Notes: generated by a model not told the origin, from the sequence alone. DNA of 64,000 nucleotides from Escherichia coli (GCF_003334385.1 NZ_QOWN01000022.1); one strand, 5' to 3'. Positions 44,804-56,775 are shown, numbered from the stretch's first letter. A program made the numbers and translations.

Positions 44804-45046
44804 TGTTTTATCAGGCTCCTCCAGATAATTGTCGTCATGCCGGAAACCCCTGGCGGGGCTATTTTACCGCGACAATTCATTCAGATCATCAATAGTCAGG
44901 GAAGGAAGTAGCAACATTAGCTAACTAATCAATGCGTTGATTGTAAATCCAGCTAAGAGGTGAGGTTTTCAGAGCAGACAACGGTGAAATGTCATGGTAT
45001 TGTTACGTTTAGGTAACAAGAAATTTGTCTGCACAAGGATTACATC

Positions 45047-45304
45047 ATGATTATGGCGAAACTGAAGTCAGCGAAAGGGAAGAAATTTCTCTTTGGTTTG
45101 TTGGCGGTTTTCATTATTGCGGCGTCGGTTGTGACTCGCGCGACCATCGGCGGCGTTATAGAACAGTACAATATTCCGCTGTCTGAGTGGACGACATCAA
45201 TGTATGTGATTCAGTCATCGATGATTTTTGTTTATAGCCTGGTCTTTACTGTGTTGCTGGCAATCCCGTTGGGAATTTATTTCCTTGGCGGCGAAGAGCA
45301 GTAA
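45047..45304 (+). CDS. ynaJ: small inner-membrane protein (DUF2534)
   Basis: 85 aa, two predicted TM segments. Confidence 0.8.
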   Translation: MIMAKLKSAKGKKFLFGLLAVFIIAASVVTRATIGGVIEQYNIPLSEWTTSMYVIQSSMIFVYSLVFTVLLAIPLGIYFLGGEEQ

Positions 45305-45313
45305 GTAAAAAAT

Positions 45314-45333
45314 AGGCCCGATAACTCGGGCCT
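45314..45333. terminator. hairpin between convergent ynaJ and uspE (likely uspE terminator)
   Basis: aggcccg-ataact-cgggcct with an A-run upstream, i.e. U-run after the hairpin on the minus strand. Confidence 0.5.
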
Positions 45334-45353
45334 TGTCAGTTATTGAAGAGTCG

Positions 45354-46304
45354 TTAATCGTCTTCTTCGTCATCCAGTTCAACGGGTGTCTGATACTGGT
45401 CAGGTTTAATGACCAGCAGGTCGCAGCGAAGATGATCAATCACCTGTTCCGCCGTGTTGCCGAGGAATGCTGCTGAAATACCGGTGCGTCCTACCGTGCC
45501 CAGAACCACAATCCCCGCCTGTAAGTGCTCCGCCAAATCAGGAATCACCTCTTCTGGCAGACCTTTTTCTACGTGCGTCATGTTTTCATTAATGCCGAAT
45601 TTCTGCCGCAGGGCTTTCATTGCCAGCAAATGTTGCCCACGAATGGCATCGTTATAAACGCTCGGGTCAAATTCCGGCAGTTCAATCGCGATATTAATTG
45701 GCGTTACCGGATAAGCGCCAACCAGATGAACTTCGGTATGGTTGACTTGTTCTGCCAGTTCGATCGTCTCTTTGACCAGTTTTTCATTGAGCGCATTATG
45801 ATACGGCTCTTCACTGGCGAGATTCACCGCCACCAGCGCCTTGCCTCCTTCCGGCCACGGCTGGTCTTTCACCATCCACACCGGGCTTGGGCATTTGCGT
45901 AACAGATGCCAGTCCGTTGGCGTAAAAATCACCGCTTCCAGACGGTCATGTTGGTGCGCCATTTTTAGCACCAAATCGTGTCCGCCGCTGATCACTTCCT
46001 GAATGATGGCTTCGAAAGGACGGTTATGCCAGACCACTTTAATTTCAATGGGAACGCCAGCATTGAGATAATATTTTGCCTGCTCGTGGATCCAGGCTGT
46101 ACGCTGGCTGATGACGCCCTGACGCATAGCGGTACGTTCGTCCGGGGAGAGCAGGGTGGTCATTTCGTATGAGAAGTCATAGATCGGCAAAAAGGCTTTA
46201 ATTTTGCCACCAATCCGTTGATGTAAATAAACAGCTCGCCGCAATGCTGGTTGGTCGTCCTGGTTAGGATCGATAACAACGAGCATGTTCTGATACATAG
46301 CCAT
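45354..46304 (-). CDS. uspE: tandem-domain universal stress protein E
   Basis: Start set at [13 protein letters not shown] (316 aa). Confidence 0.9.
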   Translation of the reverse strand: MAMYQNMLVVIDPNQDDQPALRRAVYLHQRIGGKIKAFLPIYDFSYEMTTLLSPDERTAMRQGVISQRTAWIHEQAKYYLNAGVPIEIKVVWHNRPFEAIIQEVISGGHDLVLKMAHQHDRLEAVIFTPTDWHLLRKCPSPVWMVKDQPWPEGGKALVAVNLASEEPYHNALNEKLVKETIELAEQVNHTEVHLVGAYPVTPINIAIELPEFDPSVYNDAIRGQHLLAMKALRQKFGINENMTHVEKGLPEEVIPDLAEHLQAGIVVLGTVGRTGISAAFLGNTAEQVIDHLRCDLLVIKPDQYQTPVELDDEEDD

Positions 46305-46455
46305 ACAGGGTCTCCTTACAACAACTGTCAACGCAGTTTGTAATTAAAAGATTAACCCATATCTGGTGAATGAAACAGTGATGAACCTTCTGCCAGATCA
46401 ATAAATCAGAAAAATTTAATGATATGACAGAAGGATAGTGAGTTATGCGGAAAAA

Positions 46456-47208
46456 TCAGGCAACGTTACGCGTATGACCAGCAAGCTGGGCCAGCGCATC
46501 GTTATTTTCGATGGTGATGTATTTACCTTTGACTGCCAGCATGCCGCTTTTCTGGAAGCGACCCAGCAGACGGCTGATGGTTTCTACCGTCAGGCCCAGA
46601 TAGTTACCGATATCGCCACGAGTCATCGTCAGGCGGAATTCACGAGGGGAGAAGCCGCGTTGGGCAAAACGACGGGACAGGTTGTAGATGAATGCAGCCA
46701 GACGTTCCTCGGCATTTTTCTTCGACAACAGCAGGATCATGTCCTGATCGCCTTTGATTTCACCGCTCATCAGACGCATCATCTGCTGACGCAGATTCGG
46801 CATTTTACCGGACAAATCGTCCAGCGTTTCGAACGGGATTTCACATACCATCGAGGTTTCCAGCGCCTGCGCGAAGCTCGGGTGATGGCCGCTGCCGATG
46901 GCGTCAAATCCCACCAGGTCGCCTGCTAAATGGAAACCAGTGATTTGCTCGTCGCCTTGCTCAGTGATGGTATAACTTTTAATCGTACCGGAGCGGATGG
47001 CATAAAGCGATTTAAGTTCATCACCAGCCTTAAACAGCGTCTGGCCTTTCTGAATAGGCTTCTTCCGCTCAATGATATTATCAAGCTGATCAAGCTCATG
47101 TTCGTTGAGTGTGAACGGGATGCAAAGCTGGCTGATGCTGCAATCCTGGCAATGGATAGCACAACCGCCAGACTGAATGCGCCGTATAATTCGCTTTTCC
47201 GGGATCAT
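46456..47208 (-). CDS. fnr: anaerobic global regulator FNR (CRP family, Fe-S)
   Basis: Start set at [23 protein letters not shown] (250 aa). Confidence 0.95.
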
Positions 47209-47227
47209 AGGTCTGCTCAAGCCGTAA

Positions 47228-47241
47228 TTGATATTTGTCAA
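47228..47241. promoter_or_regulatory. FNR box in the fnr promoter (autoregulation)
   Basis: TTGATatttGTCAA, 20-33 bp upstream of the fnr ATG. Confidence 0.55.
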
Positions 47242-47330
47242 TTTTAACATCTTTTTAGGGAGCAAGTAAGTCTAAGCAAACCTTAACAGCAGAGAATTCC
47301 GATATTAGATGTAAATATATGTCTATCTAT

Positions 47331-47355
47331 TTGAAAACCCTTAAGTTGTTAAGGG
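47331..47355 (-). terminator. rho-independent terminator downstream of ogt
   Basis: cccttaa-gttg-ttaaggg hairpin followed on the minus strand by UUUU. Confidence 0.6.
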
Positions 47356-47402
47356 TAACTTTACATAAAAGTGTGAACAAGCTGGCACAAATTGTTTAAT
47401 GT

Positions 47403-47918
47403 TTACAGCAAAAGATAACCTTCATGGCGCAATAACCACTCTTTTCGCTGAACTCCGCCTGCATATCCGGTCATGGTGCCGTTTCGGCCAATAACCCGAT
47501 GGCAAGGTACGACGATGCTGATGGGATTCGATCCGTTTGCCGCACCAACGGCACGCGCCGCGCCAGGACGGCCCAATTGCTCAGCCAGTTGGCCGTAATG
47601 CATTACCTGCCCGCAGGGGATAGTGCGTAGTGTTTTCCAGACTTCGCGCTGAAATGGCGTCCCCCCCGTAGCAGTGGGAAGCGTATCAATAATGCTAAGA
47701 TTACCGGCAAAATATTCACGAAGCTTGTCGCTTAAACCGCCTGGATTGGTGGCAGAAATGCGCTCATAGCCTTCTTTGCGATAATGGATGTCCAGCAGCT
47801 GCACCATGCGTTCGCTGTACTCTTCCCATTCAACCGCCCGCAGGCGAAATTGCTCATCGCAAATCACCCACAGTGGACCCAGTGGCGTGGCAATTTTTTC
47901 TTCAAGTAATCTCAGCAT
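47403..47918 (-). CDS. ogt: O6-methylguanine-DNA methyltransferase
   Basis: 171 aa; active-site PCHRV. Confidence 0.92.
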
Positions 47919-47928
47919 CCGTTCTCTC

Positions 47929-49455
47929 TTAAGACAAACGTGGGTAAATACCCGGACCTATCGGCAGACCGACAAGATACCACGCCAGCAACATCAGCAG
48001 CCATACCACCAAAAAGATAAGTGGATAGGGCAAGACTAACGAATAGTAAGTACCCAGTTTCGCGTCTGGTTTGTAGCGTTGCAGGAATCCAAGAAACAGT
48101 GGAACAAAAGGAGATACCGGCGCTAAAGGCAATACGGATGAGTCGGCAATACGAAAGAGGATTTGCGCAAATGCCGGGTGAAAGCCAAGTAGCATAAACA
48201 TTGGTACGAAAATGGGGGCAAGAATCGACCAGATTGCGGAACCGCTGGCAATAAACATGCATAAGAAAGAGGAAAGCAACGCCAGACCGACAAACGCCGG
48301 GATGCCGCTAAGCCCTGAACTTTCCAGTATATCGGTCAGCCCCACGGCGATGAATTTCCCCATGTTGCTCCAGTTAAACATGGCGACAAATTGGGCGAGG
48401 GGAAAAACCATCACGATAAATCCCGCCATCTCTTTCATCGGTTCAATCATTAAATGCGGTAAATCCGCCTGACGTCGAATTGTGCGGGTAGCGATGCCAT
48501 AAGCCAGCGAGACAACAAAGAAAAAAAGAATGATCAGTGGCACGATACCTTTAATAAAGGGTGATGGCATCACGGTGTGATTAATCGGATCGCGCAATAT
48601 CCCGTTTTGCGGGATCACCATCAGCGCAATCGCAGCAATAAAAAGTAGCGATACGACACCTGCTATGCGTAAACCAAAACGCTGACTTTCGGTCAATGTC
48701 TGCAGTTTCTCATCGCTGTTTCCCTGCCATTGACCTAACCGTGGCTCGATGATTTTGTCGGTTATCAGGCCGCCAACAATCGTCAGTACGACTACGGAGC
48801 TGGCCATAAAATACCAGTTATCAATTACACTGACGTGCATTTGCGGATTGAACGCAGCTGCCGCTTCCGTGCTGATCCCCGACAGCAACACGTCGGTTGT
48901 GACAATCAGTAAATTAGCCGTAAAGCCGCAACCTACGCCTGCAATGGCAGCCAGTAAACCTGCAACTGGATGCCTGCCCACCGCCAGAAAAATCAGCGCA
49001 CCCATCGGTGGCATGATCACTAACGCCGCATCGGAAGAAATGTGGCTGAAAAAAGCAATAAACAGCACCATATAACTGGCGTAGCGGGCATTAACATGCG
49101 ATGCCATTTTAACCATTAGTGCTGGCAGTAAGCCGACGCGCTCCGCCAGACCGGCACCTAAAACCAGCGCCAGGATCGCACCAAGTGGAGCAAAACCGCT
49201 AAAGTTTTTAATAACATTGGGTAAAAACCAGTGTAATCCTTCCACACTGAGCAGGTTTTTCACCACGACCGGCGTACCATCGGTCGGGTTTTTCGCACTG
49301 ACGCCAAAGGCCGACAAAATTGCCGTCGTCACCATGAGTACGATAATCAAATAGATAAAGAGCAGAAAAGGATGGGGAACCTTGTTACCAATTCTTTCGA
49401 CCCAGCCATAGAGCTTCCCGGATTGGGAGGACGACGGTATGGATGACATACTCAT
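47929..49455 (-). CDS. abgT: p-aminobenzoyl-glutamate transporter (AbgT family)
   Basis: Start set at [11 protein letters not shown] (508 aa). Confidence 0.9.
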
Positions 49456-49491
49456 GGGCATTCCTCGGTTGTTGTGTTTGCGTTGTTGTTG

Positions 49492-50937
49492 TTATTTTAA
49501 AGGTGACGGTGTCACGTTTTTCGGGATAGGGCAGTGATACGGTTGCGTGTCCGTTACTTGCTGATGCTCTTGTTGGCATTCTTGCAATAGCCCTGAATCA
49601 AGGAAGAGATTGACTGTGGTTGCTGCCATAGTTTTCGCCGCCAGCAGCATTCCTTTATGAGCAATAGATGTTCGCCCCTGGCTAACCAGTTGCCACGTAT
49701 GTAGCGGTGTACCGACGGCAAAACAGGGGCTGAAACACTGGGCAACAGGCAGTTTCCAACTGACGTCGCCGACATCAGTCGATGCCGCAAGCACGTTATC
49801 GGTGGCGGCATATGGAGCGACTTCATTCGCCAGTACCGTTTCACGATGACGTAGTGCAAAAACCTTGCCGTTTTCGCCACCGGTTGCGGCGATATTATTC
49901 AGACTGTTTTGCCGATCGTTGGAGGTGAGCGTAGCCTGAATTTGTTTCGCAAAAGCCAGTTCTTCGGAGTTCCATTCCGGGGTACCAAAATGGGATAGGG
50001 CCTGGTACATGGCATTTTCTAAGGTGCGATTCGGGAGATAACTGGAACAGGCTTTGTCGAAGCGGCATTCAACCGTGGTTTCGGTCATCAATGCCGCACC
50101 TTCGGCGATTTTGGCGACCCGATCATAAATATGCTGCACGTCGGTCATTTCGGGGGCGCGGATAAGATAAAGCACTTCTGCCTGCGCCTGGACCACGTTG
50201 GGCGAGATCCCGCCGCTATTTGTGATGGCATAGTGTACGCGCGCTTTTTCAATAATATGTTCGTTGAGGAAGTTGGTGCCAGTGGTCATCAACGTTACGG
50301 CATCAAGGGCGCTGCGTCCCAAATGAGGGGAATTCGCGGCATGTGCTGCGATCCCTTTAAAGCGCCATGATGCCTGAATGTTTGCCAGCGTGCGGGTATT
50401 GAACATACCGGCAAAGGCTTCCGGGTGCCAGGTGAGTGCCGCATCCACATCATCAAATACCCCCTCGCGAACCATGAACGTTTTACCCGAGCCGCCTTCT
50501 TCGCCAGGACAACCATAAAAGCGCACCGTGCCGCCTTGCCCATATTGTTCCAGCCATTTCTTGACGGCTATTGCAGCGGCAAAGGCGGCGGTTCCCAGCA
50601 AATTGTGTCCGCAACCGTGACCATTTTCACCGGGCGTCACGGATGTAGGTTGCGCGCAACCTGCTTGCTGACTTAAACCTGCCAGGGCGTCATATTCTCC
50701 CAGCAGGGCGATAACCGGTTTGCCTTGACCAAACGAAGCAATAAAGGCATTTGGGATATTGCCTACGTTGCGGGTAACGGTGAAGCCTGCAGATTCCAGC
50801 GCCGAAGCCAGATGCTCCGCTGACCAGAACTCTTCAAAACGTGTTTCTGGATGATCCCAGATTTGATCGGCAATATCGGTATAACGTTGGCGATCGGCTT
50901 CAATCGCATCGTCGATAAAACGATAGATTTCCTGCAT
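49492..50937 (-). CDS. abgB: p-aminobenzoyl-glutamate hydrolase subunit B (M20 peptidase)
   Basis: 481 aa. Confidence 0.9.
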   Translation of the reverse strand: MQEIYRFIDDAIEADRQRYTDIADQIWDHPETRFEEFWSAEHLASALESAGFTVTRNVGNIPNAFIASFGQGKPVIALLGEYDALAGLSQQAGCAQPTSVTPGENGHGCGHNLLGTAAFAAAIAVKKWLEQYGQGGTVRFYGCPGEEGGSGKTFMVREGVFDDVDAALTWHPEAFAGMFNTRTLANIQASWRFKGIAAHAANSPHLGRSALDAVTLMTTGTNFLNEHIIEKARVHYAITNSGGISPNVVQAQAEVLYLIRAPEMTDVQHIYDRVAKIAEGAALMTETTVECRFDKACSSYLPNRTLENAMYQALSHFGTPEWNSEELAFAKQIQATLTSNDRQNSLNNIAATGGENGKVFALRHRETVLANEVAPYAATDNVLAASTDVGDVSWKLPVAQCFSPCFAVGTPLHTWQLVSQGRTSIAHKGMLLAAKTMAATTVNLFLDSGLLQECQQEHQQVTDTQPYHCPIPKNVTPSPLK

Positions 50938-52247
50938 CAGATACCTCGCGTCCAGGGAAAATTGAGCGCGGTGCGCGCCAGCGTTTCGACGGCAATAGCG
51001 AGAACCTGCTCGTCAAAATCGAATTTTTCGTTGTGATGACCTGCCGCCAGCTGTGTGCCAAACACCACGTAGGAGGCTTGCCCTTGATGTTGCTGCACGC
51101 GGGCCATCATTAATGTGGCATCTTCGGAACCCGCAGGCGCTTCAACACGTTCAATGGCCTGATTGACCCCCGCGACCTGAGCCGCCTGACTTTGCAACCA
51201 TGCGACCCATTGCGGCGAAGGAGAACTGGCGGTAGCTGCACCCATCAGACGAGTTTCAACGCCGACACCATACATGGTTGCTGCGCCCTGAATCGCTTGT
51301 TGTGCACGGTCAAAAACATATTGATTAATGACGTCGCTGGCCCCGCGTGTTTCCACTTTCAGCAACGCCGAGGCAGGAACAACGTTACGACCGCTTCCTG
51401 CCTGCATAACGCCCACGTTTACTCTGGAAGCTCCTTCGCTGTGCGGGGCGATTGCATGCAGTGCAAGAGTGGCTTGTGCTGCCGCCAACAAGGCATTGTG
51501 ACCGTCTTCTGGTTTTGCGCCTGCGTGAGCGGCGGTACCGGTGAAGTGCGCGTCAAATTTGGTGGTTGCCATAAAATTATCACTGCCGCACACCACGGTG
51601 CCCGCAGGTACGCCAGTGCCAATGTGCACGGCAGTAAAATAATCAACATCATCTACGACACCTGCATCGACCATCGCCCGCGCGCCACGCGTACCTTCCT
51701 CTGCAGGCTGAAAAATCAGTTTGATGACGCCATGTAGTCCGGACTCGAACTGTTTAAGGGTATGCGCCAGCCCAAGCCCAATGGCGGTATGTCCATCATG
51801 ACCACAGGCATGCATCATTCCGGCGTTACATGACGCAAAACCGTCGCGGTAGGGGCGATGGCTGACATCCTGCTCTTCACTGAGATCCAGCGCGTCCATA
51901 TCGACACGGAAAGCCATCACCGGACCGGGGCGACCGGTATCCAGGGTGGCGACGATACCAGTGAAACCACCTTCAAAAGCCGCAATCCATTGTGCTAGCG
52001 CACCCTGTTGACGAGCGCGCTCGAATTCGCGTTGTAGAGTGAATTCATCAGGTAATCCCATCCGGCTACTTTCATTAACTACTTCGCGACCCAGCGCCAG
52101 TGAATAGCCGAGCTGGTGCAATTCTTCCGCAACAAGGGTGGCAGTGCGGAATTCCACCCAGCCAGACTCTGCATAGTGATGAAAATCACGTCGCCAGTGC
52201 GATAATTTTGGGGCAAGCGAATTAACAAATTGATTCAAAGACTCCAT
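50937..52247 (-). CDS. abgA: p-aminobenzoyl-glutamate hydrolase subunit A (M20 peptidase)
   Basis: Start set at MESLNQFVNS (436 aa); 1-nt overlap with abgB. Confidence 0.9.
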   Translation of the reverse strand: MESLNQFVNSLAPKLSHWRRDFHHYAESGWVEFRTATLVAEELHQLGYSLALGREVVNESSRMGLPDEFTLQREFERARQQGALAQWIAAFEGGFTGIVATLDTGRPGPVMAFRVDMDALDLSEEQDVSHRPYRDGFASCNAGMMHACGHDGHTAIGLGLAHTLKQFESGLHGVIKLIFQPAEEGTRGARAMVDAGVVDDVDYFTAVHIGTGVPAGTVVCGSDNFMATTKFDAHFTGTAAHAGAKPEDGHNALLAAAQATLALHAIAPHSEGASRVNVGVMQAGSGRNVVPASALLKVETRGASDVINQYVFDRAQQAIQGAATMYGVGVETRLMGAATASSPSPQWVAWLQSQAAQVAGVNQAIERVEAPAGSEDATLMMARVQQHQGQASYVVFGTQLAAGHHNEKFDFDEQVLAIAVETLARTALNFPWTRGI

Positions 52248-52422
52248 AACCTTTCCCGTCATCAGTAAAAAGTGTGACCCGGTTCACGTAGCGATAGTTT
52301 TTACTTATCACTAACTGATTTTTCACAGTTTTAACCGTTCATAAATTACCCTGACACAATCATCTGCATTAAAGTAGATGCCAGTTTCTTTGGTCTGATA
52401 AATAACGGTTATCGGTGGCGTC

Positions 52423-53331
52423 ATGGCTTTTCAGGTAAAAATTCATCAAATTCGGGCTTTTGTTGAAGTGGCTCGTCAGGGCAGCATTCGCGGAGCGAGC
52501 CGAATGTTGAATATGTCGCAACCGGCACTGAGTAAATCTATTCAGGAGCTAGAAGAAGGGTTAGCGGCGCAACTCTTTTTTCGCCGTAGTAAAGGCGTGA
52601 CGTTAACTGATGCCGGTGAAAGTTTTTATCAGCACGCCAGTCTAATTCTTGAAGAGCTGCGCGCAGCCCAAGAGGATATTCGCCAACGACAAGGGCAACT
52701 GGCAGGGCAGATTAATATCGGCATGGGGGCCAGTATTTCCCGCAGTCTGATGCCAGCTGTCATATCTCGTTTTCATCAGCAGCATCCGCAGGTAAAAGTA
52801 CGCATTATGGAAGGGCAACTGGTGTCGATGATTAATGAATTGCGTCAGGGAGAATTGGATTTCACCATCAATACCTATTATCAGGGACCGTACGACCACG
52901 AATTTACTTTTGAGAAATTACTGGAAAAGCAATTCGCGATCTTTTGCCGCCCGGGACACCCCGCCATTGGTGCCCGTTCGATCAAACAGTTACTGGATTA
53001 CAGCTGGACAATGCCGACGCCACACGGCAGCTACTACAAACAGTTGAGTGAATTGCTTGACGATCAGGCGCAAACGCCACAGGTCGGTGTAGTCTGCGAG
53101 ACGTTCTCAGCCTGTATCAGTCTGGTGGCAAAAAGCGATTTTCTCAGCATACTGCCTGAAGAAATGGGCTGCGATCCCTTGCACGGACAGGAGCTGGTGA
53201 TGTTGCCGGTTAGCGAAATTTTACCGAAAGCGGCCTATTATTTGATTCAGCGGCGTGATAGTCGCCAGACACCACTGACCGCGTCATTAATCACGCAATT
53301 CCGGCGAGAATGCGGCTATCTGCAAAGTTAA
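52423..53331 (+). CDS. abgR: LysR-type regulator of the abg operon
   Basis: 302 aa, divergent from abgA. Confidence 0.9.
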   Translation: MAFQVKIHQIRAFVEVARQGSIRGASRMLNMSQPALSKSIQELEEGLAAQLFFRRSKGVTLTDAGESFYQHASLILEELRAAQEDIRQRQGQLAGQINIGMGASISRSLMPAVISRFHQQHPQVKVRIMEGQLVSMINELRQGELDFTINTYYQGPYDHEFTFEKLLEKQFAIFCRPGHPAIGARSIKQLLDYSWTMPTPHGSYYKQLSELLDDQAQTPQVGVVCETFSACISLVAKSDFLSILPEEMGCDPLHGQELVMLPVSEILPKAAYYLIQRRDSRQTPLTASLITQFRRECGYLQS

Positions 53332-53338
53332 AACTGCA

Positions 53339-53433
53339 TAAAAAAATAGAGTCTGTCGACATCCGCCAGACTCTACAGTACACACAGCAGTGCATCCGCG
53401 TCTTAAATCCGGCATTGTCTCCTCTGCGCCGGT
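53339..53433 (-). ncRNA. mcaS: small regulatory RNA McaS (IsrA)
   Basis: Reverse complement reads ACCGGCGCAGAGGAGACAATGCCGGATTTAAGACGCGG...GTCGACAGACTCTATTTTTTT, matching the McaS sequence as I recall it; ends in a terminator hairpin plus U-run. Confidence 0.75.
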
Positions 53434-53660
53434 GACTGTGTTATAACGGTTTTAACCTTTAGTTGCCAATTTTCTTCAGTGACAGATTTCACGAAAATAT
53501 AAGTTACATTATTAATATCGTGAATGAATAATCATGCATAAGTATTTTGCTTAAAATATCGGCAATATTTGGAACTTATTACTGGAAATTTGGGTAATAC
53601 GTTGTTGGACCGACCCGGTCTGGTTATCATATCGCGCTCTTAATTGCGGGAGGATGTAAC

Positions 53661-54224
53661 ATGAACCTTGACGACAAATCGCTGTTTCTTGACGCCATGG
53701 AAGATGTCCAGCCGCTGAAACGTGCTACCGATGTCCACTGGCATCCAACGCGTAACCAACGTGCGCCGCAGCGTATCGACACGCTGCAGCTTGATAATTT
53801 CCTCACCACCGGATTTCTCGACATCATCCCACTAAGTCAGCCGCTGGAGTTTCGGCGGGAAGGGTTGCAACATGGGGTGCTGGATAAGCTGCGCAGTGGT
53901 AAATATCCGCAACAGGCGAGCCTGAATCTTTTGCGCCAGCCGGTGGAAGAGTGCCGCAAAATGGTGTTCAGTTTTATTCAACAAGCCCTGGCGGATGGTT
54001 TGCGTAACGTGCTGATTATTCATGGTAAAGGGCGGGATGATAAATCGCATGCCAATATTGTCCGCAGCTATGTGGCGCGCTGGCTGACCGAATTTGATGA
54101 TGTTCAGGCATATTGCACCGCGCTACCGCATCATGGCGGCAGCGGGGCGTGTTACGTCGCACTACGTAAAACGGCGCAGGCGAAGCAAGAAAACTGGGAG
54201 CGCCACGCTAAGCGCAGTCGTTGA
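53661..54224 (+). CDS. smrA: Smr-domain DNA endonuclease
   Basis: 187 aa. Confidence 0.85.
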   Translation: MNLDDKSLFLDAMEDVQPLKRATDVHWHPTRNQRAPQRIDTLQLDNFLTTGFLDIIPLSQPLEFRREGLQHGVLDKLRSGKYPQQASLNLLRQPVEECRKMVFSFIQQALADGLRNVLIIHGKGRDDKSHANIVRSYVARWLTEFDDVQAYCTALPHHGGSGACYVALRKTAQAKQENWERHAKRSR

Positions 54225-54244
54225 TCTCGAGACGCATCCGCGGC

Positions 54245-55477
54245 TTATGCCGCCAGCACGCGGTTGCGTCCATCATTTTTCGCCCGATACAAAGCATCAT
54301 CAACGCGTTTAAACAGTTCATCGATGCTTTCATTTCCTTCGTGATGCGCCACACCAATGCTGACGGTAAAGCGTGGTAAGCCCGAAATACTCACTTTTGC
54401 CACGCTTACGCGGATAGTTTCAGCCAGCGAAAGCGCGGTATCCAGTGGGGTTCTTGGTAGCAATAAGACAAACTCTTCGCCTCCCCAACGAAACACCAAA
54501 TCGCCTTTGCGAGCGCAACTTTCGAGGGTGCGGGCGAGGGCGCATAACACCTCATCACCTTTAGAATGCCCATAGAGATCGTTAATGTGTTTAAAACGAT
54601 CGGTGTCGATGAGCAACAAGCTGTAATCCTGAGCGATGGCGAGATGCTGCATTTGGCCTGGTTCCGTAATGTGATAAAACTGTCGCCGATTCAGTAATCC
54701 GGTCATCGCGTCATGGTGAGCAGCATGTTCCAGCTGCTCCTCCAGCCGTTTTTGCTCAGTAATATCATGCACAATACATAACATGAGCTTGTCGCCATAA
54801 ATTTCAATCGGTCCGGCATAGGTCTGCACATGACGAGTCGAACCATCCGCCAGTTTATGAACAAAATTCAAAGGTTTATGACCACCGGGTAAATGCGAGA
54901 TTTCATGCATGATAGGCATGACGCGACGCCCGAGCATATTTATTTCCCAGGTATGTTTCTGGCACATCGTTTCATGGTTATAACCATAGAAATTGAGCGC
55001 GGCGAGGTTAGCATCGACGATTTGTCCATCTCGTGACGGGTCAATCAACAACATTGGTGCAGAGTTAGTCAGAAAAAAGCGCGCATAAAAACCTTGTTTT
55101 TTGCGCTGATAATTTGCCGAGCGACTGGCTTTTAAACCCAGCGTTGCCGGCGCTTCGATACCTTCGAAAATAATCACCGGTTCTGTTTCTGTCAGCTTTC
55201 GCAAAACAAGCCGACAGCTCAATGCTGTTTCCTCTTCTTTACGCTGAACAGTGAGGATTTCGATAATATCGTGTTGGTTTTGCAGATCGGAGAGGTATTT
55301 CGGCAGTTCTTTTTGTGAGGAGACGGAATAGGGTCCGGTTCGTAGCTGACTAAACGTGAGGTCTTGCATCAACAGTTTCGCCGCGCTATTGGCATAAATT
55401 AACTGTTCCTCAAAGGGCGAAACGATCCAGACAGGACTGGTGAGTAAGTCCAGGGTATTGAAGTTGTGCGTAATCAT
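54245..55477 (-). CDS. dgcM: diguanylate cyclase with tandem PAS domains
   Basis: Start set at MITHNFNTLDL (410 aa); GGEEF motif RWGGEEFVLLL. Confidence 0.9.
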   Translation of the reverse strand: MITHNFNTLDLLTSPVWIVSPFEEQLIYANSAAKLLMQDLTFSQLRTGPYSVSSQKELPKYLSDLQNQHDIIEILTVQRKEEETALSCRLVLRKLTETEPVIIFEGIEAPATLGLKASRSANYQRKKQGFYARFFLTNSAPMLLIDPSRDGQIVDANLAALNFYGYNHETMCQKHTWEINMLGRRVMPIMHEISHLPGGHKPLNFVHKLADGSTRHVQTYAGPIEIYGDKLMLCIVHDITEQKRLEEQLEHAAHHDAMTGLLNRRQFYHITEPGQMQHLAIAQDYSLLLIDTDRFKHINDLYGHSKGDEVLCALARTLESCARKGDLVFRWGGEEFVLLLPRTPLDTALSLAETIRVSVAKVSISGLPRFTVSIGVAHHEGNESIDELFKRVDDALYRAKNDGRNRVLAA

Positions 55478-55710
55478 TGAGATCCCGTTATTTTTATCAA
55501 TTTTTGTTGCTATCCGATCGCAAAAAAGCCACGTCATATGATCAGATAATTCTGATAATGATAGACGCTATTTAACACTTCACACGGTTTGTATACGGAA
55601 AAGCATTTTGCTTTTTGTATTCAATTTAGACAGAATTTTATTAATCATTTCAGGGTAATGGGGTGATGAGATGTTGCGTAACAGGGCCAGAAGGCTAGAC
55701 TACAAAATAA

Positions 55711-56715
<1,005 letters not shown>

Positions 56716-56761
56716 CAAAAGCAATTTTTCCGGCTGTCTGTATACAAAAACGCCGCAAAGT

Positions 56762-56775
56762 TTGAGCGAAGTCAA
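56762..56775 (+). promoter_or_regulatory. FNR box activating fnrS
   Basis: TTGAGcgaaGTCAA centred about 42 bp upstream of the fnrS 5' end. Confidence 0.6.

Noticed and set aside
46438-46929. 163-aa ORF antisense to fnr
   Set aside because: Embedded in fnr on the opposite strand.
47381-47395. TGGCAC motif resembling a sigma-54 -24 element (ctggcacaaattgttt)
   Set aside because: No properly spaced -12 GC/TTGC element, and it points into the 3' end of ogt; likely chance.
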